From: a virus
Taxonomy: Duplodnaviria; Caudoviricetes
DNA length: 64,000 bases
IMG/VR virus record: IMGVR_UViG_3300026432_000013
Location: 12,180-76,179 of that record
Direction: 5' to 3' (one strand)
The position numbers and the translations under genes are program-made. Positions 34,848-44,198 of this stretch are shown here, piece by piece (the stretch's first letter is position 1; each line of letters opens with the position of its first letter). The notes beneath the pieces are model-generated. The model had not been told where the DNA came from. It worked only from the letters and a program-made list of their open reading frames with translations, and ran no database searches.

Positions 34848-37625
34848 CTAACAAGCCTTCTCCCAGTAATCTAATGCAAATTTTGGTATTGGTGTACCGT
34901 TTTCTTCAGCTTTCTTATACTCTTTCTCTGCCTTAGCCTTTTTATCAGCTAACTCTTTCTGTAGGTAACCGTCCACTCCGTGCTCTTCAATATCCTCAAT
35001 AGAACACTCGAACGAGTGACCGTAGTTGTATCCAATCTCCATCTCAGACAGGATTGGCACATCACCTAGGAAATTGTAGAACTCATTGTATTCAGCTAAG
35101 TTCTCCATAACATGCTTAACTTTCTTAGCTACTTCTACTACCTCATCCTTTGGACAGTCAAATACTATACTATCATGAACCGTGATTACGATACGGCTCT
35201 TATAGTCAGACTCCTGTAGCCACTCATTAATCTTGATAAGAGACATAAGGGTACAGTCTGAACCTGTTGACTGTATAGGTGCGTTAACCGCTTGGCGTTC
35301 TGCCTCATTCGCAATAGAGCGGTCTGTAGAATCTAAACCTTCTAGATGACGAATACGGTTAGTAAGAGTCTTAACGAACTTGTTCTTCTTAGCAAATTTC
35401 TTAATACGTTTAACCCAACGCTCTACGTCTGGGAAGCGTTTGAAGTAGTTATCAATGAATTTCTGACACTCTTCTACAGACATATTAATACCTTCCGCAC
35501 GTAAGTCTTCAGACAGTCCCTTAGGAGACTCTTGGTATACGATACCGAACTGAATCTTCTTAGCAGCAGTACGTTGGTCTTTAGTGACTTCATCTACAGT
35601 TACACCGAATGCACCTGCGGCTACCTCTTTATGTAAATCGGCACCAGAACGATACAGTCGGATAAGCTCTTTATCCCCAGTCATAACTGCTAGGATACGT
35701 AACTCTAGCTGGGAGTAGTCAAACTGTACTATAACGCCATTGTCACCAAAGCGAGATACAAACAGTGTCTTTATCTCATTATGATACTGGAACAACATCG
35801 CACTATTCACTTTACGAGGTAACTGTTGCATGTTAGGTTCATTACTACTTAAACGCCCTGTAACTGTTCCGTGTAGGTTGTAGTTACCATGAACAAGTCC
35901 TCTAGCATCTATGTGTAGAATTAACTTTCCAATGAAGTTACTGTACAGATGGGCAACCTTACGGTACTCCATCATAAGCTCTACCATAGGGTGTTGATTT
36001 CTCATGTATTTCAATGAGTCATCATTAGTACTAGGTTTGCCCTTATCAGTGAGGACAACCGTTTCCAGTCCCATTATATCAAAGAATAAGTGCTGTAACT
36101 GTGGGGGTGAACTAAAACTAAACTTGTCACCACCCTTGCTAGGGTCATACTTCTTATACTTTTCAAACTTCTCTTGTTGCTCTGCTGTACGTTGGGCTTT
36201 CTTAATGCCTCCAATGGCTACACGTTCTAACCATCTTTCATGTCGTTCCCTCTCAATACTAACTATTTCAGGGTACTCTCTTAGCTTGCTTTCTAGTCTA
36301 TCAATCTCAGCTTCATATCTTTCTTTGTAGATACTAAGTAAGTCTACATCTACTTTAGCCCCTGTATGCTCAATGTCCATCAGGGCATATAAGCCAGGTA
36401 CCATGAGATTATCCCATAGCCATTTCTTCTCTTTGTCCTCTTCAACAAGTGGCTTGTATTTGTTGAGTAGTCTATAGGTTACATCACAGTCAGCCGCTAA
36501 ATAGACTTTAAGGGTATCCCAAGGTATCATGTCGTAGTTACCTTCATCATCACCCTTAGGTAAGAATGGGTCTAACTCGTCATCATATCCACCCATGTCA
36601 GTTTCTAGCCATGCTAACTGTTTCAAGTCATGGGTACCTTTTTCCTCTGTTACTGCAAGGTAGTGCATTAACATGGTATCCCATTTCATCTCAGTAAAGT
36701 ATACATCTATCTGTTGCAATAACCACTTCATCTCGAACTTACTGTTGTGTGCAACAAACTTTAGCTTACAGTCTTCAATTAAGAAGCGTATAAATTTAAT
36801 TATTGTTCCAATCTGATTACCTGTGAAAGGGGTTTCCCTATGATATAACGGAATGGCACAACCATAGCCAGCTCTATCAGAGAATCCTATAGCTGATATT
36901 TTAACTATCTCACTCTCAGGGAACATAGCTCTCTTAGTCTTGGACATAACTGTCTTATCCAAGTAGGGGTTACTCTTTACACCCTCCAAATCGACTACTA
37001 CTTCATAGCCATCAGGTAAAGCCATTAACCTCTTAAGCTCATTGATAGCTGTATCGTAGTCTTCACAGTATAATCTCTCCTGCTCATATGCCAATATGTC
37101 AGAAGGAAGCACACCCTCTAGGATTGATTGTAGATTAATGATGTCCTTAGAAAAGAACTCCATATACTTTGGTTGCTTTAAAACCATATTAGGATGTATC
37201 ATAGGGAAGAACTTGTAACCATCCTTCTCAATAAGTCTTCCACGTTGCTTAGTTATTGCAGTAAGACCCGTTAAAGCCCATAAAGACATATTACCTGTCG
37301 GTATAATAATCTCTGGTTCTACTGCATCAATCTCTGCCCACAGATAGTCCATACATGCCTTAACTTCATCCTTTAGGGGTAGTCTATCCTCTGGTGTTGA
37401 GCACTTAACTACCGCAGTATAGTAGATGTCATCAGAGTCTATACCTACTTCCTCTAATGCTGACTGTAATAGCTTACCTGCTTTACCACTGAAGTACTTA
37501 CCCTTCTTATTTTCATGTTCATATGGGTTCTCCTGAATCACCATAATACGTGCCTTTTTCTTACCATGCCCCATCTGTAAGACCTTTGGACAGGTCTCAG
37601 AAAGCCTACATGCAGTACACTTCAT
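34848..37625 (-). CDS. polA: Family-A DNA polymerase with N-terminal UDG-like domain (SPO1 gp31-like), uninterrupted
   Basis: CTAC..C UDG-4 fold, DLE exonuclease, TGRLSS.EPN, FDYSQLELR, R..AK..FG..Y, TVHDS; start MKCTAC from SD. Confidence 0.96.
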   Translation of the reverse strand: MKCTACRLSETCPKVLQMGHGKKKARIMVIQENPYEHENKKGKYFSGKAGKLLQSALEEVGIDSDDIYYTAVVKCSTPEDRLPLKDEVKACMDYLWAEIDAVEPEIIIPTGNMSLWALTGLTAITKQRGRLIEKDGYKFFPMIHPNMVLKQPKYMEFFSKDIINLQSILEGVLPSDILAYEQERLYCEDYDTAINELKRLMALPDGYEVVVDLEGVKSNPYLDKTVMSKTKRAMFPESEIVKISAIGFSDRAGYGCAIPLYHRETPFTGNQIGTIIKFIRFLIEDCKLKFVAHNSKFEMKWLLQQIDVYFTEMKWDTMLMHYLAVTEEKGTHDLKQLAWLETDMGGYDDELDPFLPKGDDEGNYDMIPWDTLKVYLAADCDVTYRLLNKYKPLVEEDKEKKWLWDNLMVPGLYALMDIEHTGAKVDVDLLSIYKERYEAEIDRLESKLREYPEIVSIERERHERWLERVAIGGIKKAQRTAEQQEKFEKYKKYDPSKGGDKFSFSSPPQLQHLFFDIMGLETVVLTDKGKPSTNDDSLKYMRNQHPMVELMMEYRKVAHLYSNFIGKLILHIDARGLVHGNYNLHGTVTGRLSSNEPNMQQLPRKVNSAMLFQYHNEIKTLFVSRFGDNGVIVQFDYSQLELRILAVMTGDKELIRLYRSGADLHKEVAAGAFGVTVDEVTKDQRTAAKKIQFGIVYQESPKGLSEDLRAEGINMSVEECQKFIDNYFKRFPDVERWVKRIKKFAKKNKFVKTLTNRIRHLEGLDSTDRSIANEAERQAVNAPIQSTGSDCTLMSLIKINEWLQESDYKSRIVITVHDSIVFDCPKDEVVEVAKKVKHVMENLAEYNEFYNFLGDVPILSEMEIGYNYGHSFECSIEDIEEHGVDGYLQKELADKKAKAEKEYKKAEENGTPIPKFALDYWEKAC

Positions 37626-37685
37626 CGAATCAACTCCTTCAAAACTAATAAAAAGAGGGATTCCAAAAATCCTCTCGTACAATAG

Positions 37686-37720
37686 AAAAAGACTCTAGGG
37701 AGCGAATCCTAGAGTCTTTT
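37686..37720. terminator. Bidirectional terminator
   Basis: AAAAAGACTCTAGG..CCTAGAGTCTTTT. Confidence 0.8.
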
Positions 37721-37793
37721 GAACACTTTCAGAAGTATGTGTGAACGATACCGTTCAGATATATGCAGCTATATAATAGAGATCAGTATTAGA

Positions 37794-38102
37794 CTACTCT
37801 GCTTTAGGAGCAAAGTCTTCTACTTTTAAGCCTTTTACAGCTTTCTTTAAATCTTCACCAGCTTTGATACGAACGCCTACAGTAGCAGCGATTTCCATTG
37901 GCTCTTTCTTAATAGGGTCAAAACCTTTACGTGGTGCACGGTATGCAGGCTCTACTCCCCAGAAACCAGTTAATTGTAACTTTTCACCTTTTTGTAGAGT
38001 TTCTACAGTGATTTCTTTAAGCGCAGTAAACACTTTGTTTACATCCACTTGAGTTAATCCAGTACGTACAGAGATAGCTTTTACAGTTTCTTGTTTATTC
38101 AT
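37794..38102 (-). CDS. TF1: TF1, hmU-DNA-preferring HU homologue
   Basis: HU fold with RKGFDP (Phe in place of the HU Arg, as in TF1 F61) and C-terminal GLKVEDFA extension. Confidence 0.9.
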   Translation of the reverse strand: MNKQETVKAISVRTGLTQVDVNKVFTALKEITVETLQKGEKLQLTGFWGVEPAYRAPRKGFDPIKKEPMEIAATVGVRIKAGEDLKKAVKGLKVEDFAPKAE

Positions 38103-38203
38103 TTTAAATTCCTCCTAAGGATACTTGTTATAGTAAAAGTCAAAGTATTGAAAGTCTCATGGTAACCGCCAGTGAGCTTCTCCCCTTGTGACCCTTCTGA
38201 CTT

Positions 38204-38234
38204 AAAAAAACCGTCTCACAAAATCTTTTCTCCC
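38204..38234 (-). promoter_or_regulatory. Middle promoter for TF1
   Basis: GGGAGAaaA-15-TTTTTTT. Confidence 0.7.
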
Positions 38235-38271
38235 CTGATAGGGGAGAGTGTTTATCATTATCTCCCCAGTA

Positions 38272-38967
38272 CTATTGCTCTAGGAAGAGCATCTTGTCTT
38301 TTGAGTAATCTGGAACATTTTTATCCACCCATATTTTGAATACATTAGGGAAGTTGTCTCTAACATACGTCATATACAGGATTCCATAATTCGTAAGGTC
38401 AGCTATAGCATCAATCTTGCTCTCCCCTACCTGCTCAGTAGTCAATCTACCCGTTCTTAACCCCTCTTCAAGAAGGTTTAGGGTACTAACTGCACCCTCT
38501 ATCTCATCGTTGGTCATCTTATCTAGGCGGTCATATTTGCGGTCAATGTTTGCCATGATACCACGTATTTCCCCTTTGCCTTTCCAAGATGAGCCATAGT
38601 ACTTCTCTTTGTCATACTGGATTGCCATTAACAACGTCACAATCTCAGGTAGCTTACTATTATCTGGTTGGCTTGGTAACCCTTCCATCCACCTAGTCAT
38701 CTTCTGTGCAATGGCTTCAATATCCATATTAGCAGGTGGGATAGGTGCAGTAGTTAAGCGTTCAACAGTCTCTACTAAAGTAATACTATTGATATGAAGC
38801 CACTCTGACTCATACGCTCCTGCTCCTACCTTAAATCTCACTGACCCTCCATTAGCTATAGTGGATGAAGCGTTATCCGAATTAAGAATAGCTATGTCTA
38901 CAATCTCAAAATGTGCCAATGAATTTCCTGCTACGTACACCTTGTCTCCAATTTTAGGGAAGAACAT
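38272..38967 (-). CDS. SPO1 gp30-like protein with MazG-like nucleotide-modification-associated domain
   Basis: DK..YYGSSW..ANIDRKYDRL..GES..D..ADL.NY. Confidence 0.7.
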   Translation of the reverse strand: MFFPKIGDKVYVAGNSLAHFEIVDIAILNSDNASSTIANGGSVRFKVGAGAYESEWLHINSITLVETVERLTTAPIPPANMDIEAIAQKMTRWMEGLPSQPDNSKLPEIVTLLMAIQYDKEKYYGSSWKGKGEIRGIMANIDRKYDRLDKMTNDEIEGAVSTLNLLEEGLRTGRLTTEQVGESKIDAIADLTNYGILYMTYVRDNFPNVFKIWVDKNVPDYSKDKMLFLEQ

Positions 38968-38971
38968 ACAA

Positions 38972-39352
38972 TCACTCTCCATATATGTGTTTTTCGATTG
39001 CTAACCAATCGACTTTATATCCAATTGACTTATCGTCAATATAAATATCAGCACCAACTTTTCTAGCTACATTTGGTTCATATATTGCATTCACTTCAGG
39101 TAGTTGGTCATTTACAGCACACCAGATATGACCTAACTCATTTGCTTTTAGGAACGCTAACGCCTCATCTAGGGGTGCTCCAGTACGACAAGTCCATAGA
39201 ATTAAACGAACACCATCTTCATATAATCTCTCTAGTACTCGTTTACACTCTGGCTGTAATACTAGCTTATGCCCCATGTCAGGTTCTGTGCTAATCGTTC
39301 CATCAAAATCTACTGCCAATATAATCTCTCCGTCTAATAGTGCTTTACCCAT
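38972..39352 (-). CDS. HAD-family phosphatase (putative dTMP/nucleotide phosphatase)
   Basis: AVDFDGT, ILWTCR, K..ADIYIDDK. Confidence 0.88.
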   Translation of the reverse strand: MGKALLDGEIILAVDFDGTISTEPDMGHKLVLQPECKRVLERLYEDGVRLILWTCRTGAPLDEALAFLKANELGHIWCAVNDQLPEVNAIYEPNVARKVGADIYIDDKSIGYKVDWLAIEKHIYGE

Positions 39353-39447
39353 TAAAACACTCCCTCTCCAAAAAAAAAAATAGCGAACAGGTCAACCGCC
39401 CGTTCGCCTTAAAAAAAGAGGAAGTGTCCCAACTTCTCTCTCCTGCA

Positions 39448-40620
39448 CTATCCGTTCGTGCGTTCGATGTAAAGAACCTTGTCGTAATCCCAGCCCTCGT
39501 ATAACATCTTGAAGTCTGACAAGTCCTTATATTTAGGATACAAGAATCGTAGACAAGACAGTTTCCAAGAGCAGGCAGGCATATTATCTAGTGCCGCACA
39601 CACGATATGCCAGCTACGACCTTCCTTATGCGCTCTATATGCAAACATTGCAGAAAATGCCATTCGTAGGTAATCATCAGGGATAGAGTTAATGTGGTTT
39701 ATTACATCCACATACCATTCTCCAGCATATGAAGTTGGGTCATCGAACCTAGGATTAATGTCAGTAAAGAATTCATCTAGGTGGTCATGGAATGAATCAA
39801 AATCACTAGACATTCTAGGCTCATTGCTGAATGTGAATTGTTGTACTTGTGGTACTTCACGTCCAACTAAAGTAGTAGAAGTCAATCCATAAGCATTCAA
39901 CACTTTATCAGTCTCTTTTGCACCATAGTCATCAAGATAGATATGAAGAGAGTCAGTAATCTGATTGTATGTTCCCATAGGAATACCTAACCAGCTTGAC
40001 ATACACTCTAAAACAGTAGCAAATTGACAAAGGTTGGCACCAAAGGTACCCCAATGCAGGTCGTTACTACGGTTCATTACTGATAAATCTAGTTTACCTT
40101 TACGTATCTTGAAAGTCAAGAGAAGGTTACATGGTCTATCTTTTGTCTCATTGCGTGCATGGTCAAAGATAGGATTATAAATCACTGCTACTGCTTGGCG
40201 TGTGTCAGGGTCAGCTTTAAGCTTCTCATACACATCGTATAACTGGTCAAAAGGATTCATGATAAAGCCATTCGCATCACTCTTGTTCCAGTGACGTAGA
40301 CGCTCACCATATGGAGCATTAAAGAATTCACCGTCATCAGAGAACTGTTCCATGCTAGCATTATAATCCAGTAACCATTTCACATCACTTCTACCACCCA
40401 TAATCCACGCTGTAGATTCAGCTAGTTGGAAGAATGGATTTACTACTCGTCCTAACAAGAATGTTAAACGGTTAGCAGGTTCAGTAAACTCTAAGATTAC
40501 GGGTCGAATCTCCTTTACCGCTTTCCCACGTGGTTTTACTACATCACCTTCTAAACATAGAGTGAACAATGCATCCATGTACATTTGGGATGGGTTATTG
40601 CCTGTAAATATCTCAGCCAT
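39448..40620 (-). CDS. dUMP hydroxymethylase (SPO1 gp29 homologue)
   Basis: Thymidylate-synthase fold (YGERLR, DTRQAV, RPCN, RSNDLHWGTFGANLCQF, DSLHIY), closely matching recalled gp29; TF1 nearby. Confidence 0.88.
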   Translation of the reverse strand: MAEIFTGNNPSQMYMDALFTLCLEGDVVKPRGKAVKEIRPVILEFTEPANRLTFLLGRVVNPFFQLAESTAWIMGGRSDVKWLLDYNASMEQFSDDGEFFNAPYGERLRHWNKSDANGFIMNPFDQLYDVYEKLKADPDTRQAVAVIYNPIFDHARNETKDRPCNLLLTFKIRKGKLDLSVMNRSNDLHWGTFGANLCQFATVLECMSSWLGIPMGTYNQITDSLHIYLDDYGAKETDKVLNAYGLTSTTLVGREVPQVQQFTFSNEPRMSSDFDSFHDHLDEFFTDINPRFDDPTSYAGEWYVDVINHINSIPDDYLRMAFSAMFAYRAHKEGRSWHIVCAALDNMPACSWKLSCLRFLYPKYKDLSDFKMLYEGWDYDKVLYIERTNG

Positions 40621-40650
40621 ATAAAATTCCTCCTTTGAGTGAGTTCGCTT

Positions 40651-40682
40651 AATTAAAGCGTTCAAACTCAAAGTTGTCTCCC
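40651..40682 (-). promoter_or_regulatory. Middle promoter
   Basis: GGGAGAcaA-16-TTTAATT. Confidence 0.65.
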
Positions 40683-40796
40683 TCTGTATGGAAAACCTAG
40701 CCCCTTTACTTACTAAAAATTTAAAAGTATACTTAAAATTCTTAAAAATTTAAAGAGAACTTTTAAATACTCTTTTTAATAAAAAAGACAAAAAAT

Positions 40797-40824
40797 AAAA
40801 AGAGTACCCAAAGGGTACTCTTTT
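40797..40824. terminator. Bidirectional terminator
   Basis: AAAAAGAGTACCC-aaa-GGGTACTCTTTT. Confidence 0.85.
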
Positions 40825-40833
40825 AAGCGTTGC

Positions 40834-41148
40834 TTACTGGTAGCGACTGTTGTTATCAGTGTACCCACCAGATGTCTTCTTGCCAGTTGTGTGTAGGTTA
40901 CGAATAACGTCACCTTGCTCTAACTGGTGAATCATTTCCTCATAGAACTTAACCGCAGCACGAGCATTAGGTAATGTCTCATCTACTAGTAATGGTGCAC
41001 CTGCAACAGGAGCTAAGTACACATCTACTAGAGCTACAGTTACCTTGTTAGCCACATCGTCTAACTCAACCTTAACACTGTCAGTTCCGTAGCGCTTTTG
41101 TTGTTCTACATAAGCATTTACATCATGGATATATTTATTAATAGCCAT
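40834..41148 (-). CDS. Hypothetical protein
   Basis: SD GGAGGTG; has its own terminator. Confidence 0.75.
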   Translation of the reverse strand: MAINKYIHDVNAYVEQQKRYGTDSVKVELDDVANKVTVALVDVYLAPVAGAPLLVDETLPNARAAVKFYEEMIHQLEQGDVIRNLHTTGKKTSGGYTDNNSRYQ

Positions 41149-41377
41149 TTCTACACCTCCAAAATAACTTGTCTAAATAAATTATCATGAAGGAGACTAT
41201 GGTATAATACACAGTAAAAGAGAGACACAAGGTAGCCACAGAACTAGGGAATCAGCTATAAGGTCATGAACGAGGTAGGCTACATTTCCTTACACTATTC
41301 ACTATGCCAGTCTGTAGTGCGTTGCTCTCTCTTCCTTTTTCTTTTTTCCCTCCCCTCCGTGGGGATTCCTTGATGCC

Positions 41378-41479
41378 TTACCCAAATACTTCCACTGCCG
41401 CTTTTATGAAATAGAGTACTATAAGCCCTCTTATTGAAAAGTCAAAGATGCGTTCACCTAGTGCTTTCTTCTCTTCCAT
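41378..41479 (-). CDS. 33-aa hydrophobic micro-protein (not in ORF track)
   Basis: MEEKKALGERIFDFSIRGLIVLYFIKAAVEVFG; SD AGGGGGTGG. Confidence 0.55.
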   Translation of the reverse strand: MEEKKALGERIFDFSIRGLIVLYFIKAAVEVFG

Positions 41480-41785
41480 TGATAGCCACCCCCTGAACTT
41501 AGATTTCCCCAACCCATCACAGGAATATTCTTCCGTATTAACAGGAAGCAATGGCATTGGACTCGTCCCTAGTAATGTGACAAGCTAGACCAACGTAAAG
41601 TTAAAGCAAACCCGAAACGACCCCCCGAAACGAGTCACCGTCACTTTTGAGTAACGGGGGGTGCATGCTAGTACACTCTTTGATTCTCTAGGTGTCCCAA
41701 TCCCCACCAAAAGCGAAACATTTTTTCTTACTCTGGGGTGTCTCCGCACTGGGTTGCGAAAATCATGAGTATGGAGGAGATTAGA

Positions 41786-42262
41786 ATGACGCAACTTGTA
41801 GTTAAATGTAACCACAATCAGGTGAGCAAACCTAAGAAGTCTGAAGTAATTAAGTGGGATTTCATAGAACCTCAGTATGAAAATAGATCACGACATACTG
41901 GAGAACTAGAGCAGGGTAGAAAGTCACTGGTTAGATGGTTCGGTGAGATGATATTACCTACAGCAATCGTTACACGCCTAGGAATGAGAGCTACACATGC
42001 ATTTGCAGCTACTCAGAATGCCAACGACCTACGCAGAGGATTCATGGATATAGTTGACATATTCACTGCAATAGCAGAGCCAATACTTTGGTTCTACGCT
42101 CTGATAGGGTTTATCATGATGGCAACAGGTAAGAGTAAGGATGCTGGATGGAACAGAATTAAGAACGTAGGATATGCTTACATTGGAATCTCAATGTTAC
42201 CTACTATGTTCCAGATGCTACGTTGGATTTCCAATATCATCAGATCATCTATATCTTTCTAG
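41786..42262 (+). CDS. TrbC/VirB2 pilin-like membrane protein (tentative)
   Basis: Start MTQLV (SD GGAGGAG); AFAA processing-like site, then two TM helices with a GKSKDAGW..IKN loop. Confidence 0.55.
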   Translation: MTQLVVKCNHNQVSKPKKSEVIKWDFIEPQYENRSRHTGELEQGRKSLVRWFGEMILPTAIVTRLGMRATHAFAATQNANDLRRGFMDIVDIFTAIAEPILWFYALIGFIMMATGKSKDAGWNRIKNVGYAYIGISMLPTMFQMLRWISNIIRSSISF

Positions 42263-42274
42263 GAGGAATCAGAT

Positions 42275-43312
42275 ATGAGTAGAGCAATTACATCTGTAGA
42301 CTTGGGGTTCATGTACACAAATGCTATCATCAATGGTAAGCCAGCTGTAATCAAGTCGGTTGTAGGTGTTGGAAGAGATAGAAAGCTAAAGGAATTCAAT
42401 AAGAGTGTAGCAGACTCCTTTGAAGTAGACCAAAAGCACGATGACATTGAGTATAGAAATGCAGACGGCACACACTTTGTATCAGACTTGGCAATATCTC
42501 AATCTAGAATCGTTAAACACTCCCTAACTGGTGACCGCTTTGATAGTGAGGTTACAAAAATACTACTAGGAACTGTTCTCGGTCTAGGTATGGGTGGTGG
42601 GTCGGTGGAAACTAACTTTGTATCAGGGTTACCAGTTAGTCACTTTGACCAGTATAAGGAAGCTATTAAGAGCCTGTTTATGGATAACAAGCATGAGTAC
42701 CATCTAGAGTCTTCAGGTATCAAAATCAATGGCTCAGTTAAGGGTAAGAAAGGATTATTCGTACCACAACCGTTTGGGGCTTTAATGGACAGAATACTGG
42801 ATGATAAAGGTGAGATATCAGACACTAACTTAGCTAAGTCGAGGGTAGCAGTAGTTGATATAGGGTTTGGAACTACAGACATCTACGTGTGTGAGGTCTT
42901 CAATAACATTGAGCATCTGACTACTAGCTTCAGCGTTGCTATGAACTCTGTAAACCAAGTCGTCTCAGATAATATATTAGACCACACAGGAGTAAACTTC
43001 CCACTGTATAAGGCTGAACATGTAGTTCAAAGCAGAGTACTGAAGTCTGGAACTAAGATATACGACATGGCTCCAACTATTGATTGGGCATGTGAGAACG
43101 TAGCTTATGACATCACTAATAGACTGCATAACTTTTGGAAGGATGAAATAAACTTCCTAGACAAGATAATATTTGCTGGTGGTGGAGGGGTTTCACTGTA
43201 CCCTCATATGAAAGACCACTTCCCAAACCCAGAACTAGCTAAGAGCGGTCAGTTTGCAGTAGCTAAAGGGTATCACAAGTGGGGTGTGAGAAATCTGATT
43301 AGGGGTGTATGA
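42275..43312 (+). CDS. parM: ParM/StbA-family actin-like ATPase
   Basis: VDLGF..N, VSGLPV, VPQPFGA, VVDIGFGTTD, FAGGG, Q.AVAKGY. Confidence 0.9.
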   Translation: MSRAITSVDLGFMYTNAIINGKPAVIKSVVGVGRDRKLKEFNKSVADSFEVDQKHDDIEYRNADGTHFVSDLAISQSRIVKHSLTGDRFDSEVTKILLGTVLGLGMGGGSVETNFVSGLPVSHFDQYKEAIKSLFMDNKHEYHLESSGIKINGSVKGKKGLFVPQPFGALMDRILDDKGEISDTNLAKSRVAVVDIGFGTTDIYVCEVFNNIEHLTTSFSVAMNSVNQVVSDNILDHTGVNFPLYKAEHVVQSRVLKSGTKIYDMAPTIDWACENVAYDITNRLHNFWKDEINFLDKIIFAGGGGVSLYPHMKDHFPNPELAKSGQFAVAKGYHKWGVRNLIRGV

Positions 43313-43313
43313 T

Positions 43314-43694
43314 ATGGCTGATAAACAGTATACATTCAGAACAACTAAGTCTACAGAGTGGCTGGAAGACCATCTAAATGATATGAAGGATAGAAGCGGT
43401 TTTATCAGGGAGTGTGTATTATTTGCAGTAGAGCATGACCCAAAGCTGGCACAGAGGTTATATGATAACATCACCTCAGAGATAATGTCACAGACTCCTA
43501 TCAAATCACATCAGAGACCAGAAAACCCTAGCAAACCCAAGAAAAAAGTATCACATCAGAAGCCTCAGCTCCCAGTGTCAGATAAGAAGCCTGCACCTCA
43601 GATAAAAGAATCCAAGCCAAAGATACTTGTACAGCAGGACAAAGAGATAGACCTAGACAAGGCTTTGAGTGCAAATACTAAACAATTTCAATAG
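43314..43694 (+). CDS. Ribbon-helix-helix adaptor (ParR-like)
   Basis: YTFRT..WL..HL..DRSGFIRE N-terminus, disordered K/P-rich tail, coupled to parM. Confidence 0.7.
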   Translation: MADKQYTFRTTKSTEWLEDHLNDMKDRSGFIRECVLFAVEHDPKLAQRLYDNITSEIMSQTPIKSHQRPENPSKPKKKVSHQKPQLPVSDKKPAPQIKESKPKILVQQDKEIDLDKALSANTKQFQ

Positions 43695-43705
43695 GAGGGA
43701 TTTAC

Positions 43706-43840
43706 ATGGAGAAGAAACCAGTAAGCAATAAAGTGCTATACGTTGTGGGTGCAGGATTAGTTACAGCAGGTATGGTAACTATCAAGGTGTTGACATGGTC
43801 AGTTAACAAGGCAGTAGAAGTACTCTTGGAGGTACAATAA
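43706..43840 (+). CDS. 44-aa single-TM micro-protein (not in ORF track)
   Basis: SD AGGAGGG; MEKKPVSNKVLYVVGAGLVTAGMVTI... Confidence 0.7.
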   Translation: MEKKPVSNKVLYVVGAGLVTAGMVTIKVLTWSVNKAVEVLLEVQ

Positions 43841-43841
43841 C

Positions 43842-43985
43842 ATGTTCTGGGTTAGGTTGGTTGGAAGTATATGTAAGTCGCTCTTGATAATGGGAGCTAT
43901 TGAATATATAGCTCCTGGATTCTCATATCAAGTGGCTTACAAAACTGTAAAGGTGATAATGGGTATGTGGATGGGAGGACACTAA
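43842..43985 (+). CDS. 47-aa hydrophobic micro-protein (not in ORF track)
   Basis: SD GGAGGT; 1-nt gaps to both neighbours. Confidence 0.65.
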   Translation: MFWVRLVGSICKSLLIMGAIEYIAPGFSYQVAYKTVKVIMGMWMGGH

Positions 43986-43986
43986 T

Positions 43987-44187
43987 ATGAATGTACGCAA
44001 GATGGCATACTCTTGTATCTATGTAGTTATCTCGTTAGCTGTACCAGAGTTATCTGGAAATGGTCTCAAGTTCATCGGTGGTATAATGGGTGGGATATTT
44101 GATGCAACGTTTGAATCTATCGGTGAGAAGGCTAGGGAAGAAATGATGTATGTGTTACCAGAATTTATGCAAGGATGGTTTAAATAG
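43987..44187 (+). CDS. 66-aa membrane micro-protein
   Basis: SD GGGAGG; hydrophobic and Gly-rich. Confidence 0.7.
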   Translation: MNVRKMAYSCIYVVISLAVPELSGNGLKFIGGIMGGIFDATFESIGEKAREEMMYVLPEFMQGWFK

Positions 44188-44198
44188 GAGGGGTTAAG

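Noticed and set aside
34848-37625. Group I intron or I-HmuI-type homing endonuclease in the DNA polymerase gene, as in SPO1 gene 31
   Set aside because: The ORF is continuous with all PolA motifs in frame, so this is an intronless allele.
37794-38102. Generic host-derived HU
   Set aside because: The GF(D/N)P arm and the C-terminal extension are TF1 features.
39448-40620. Ordinary thymidylate synthase (thyA)
   Set aside because: The sequence matches recalled SPO1 gp29, and TF1 and gp30-like neighbours indicate an hmU pathway.
41480-41785. Sporulation sigma (K/G/F/E/H) promoter or Spo0A box for the island
   Set aside because: Near-matches had wrong spacing or consensus, so none is claimed.
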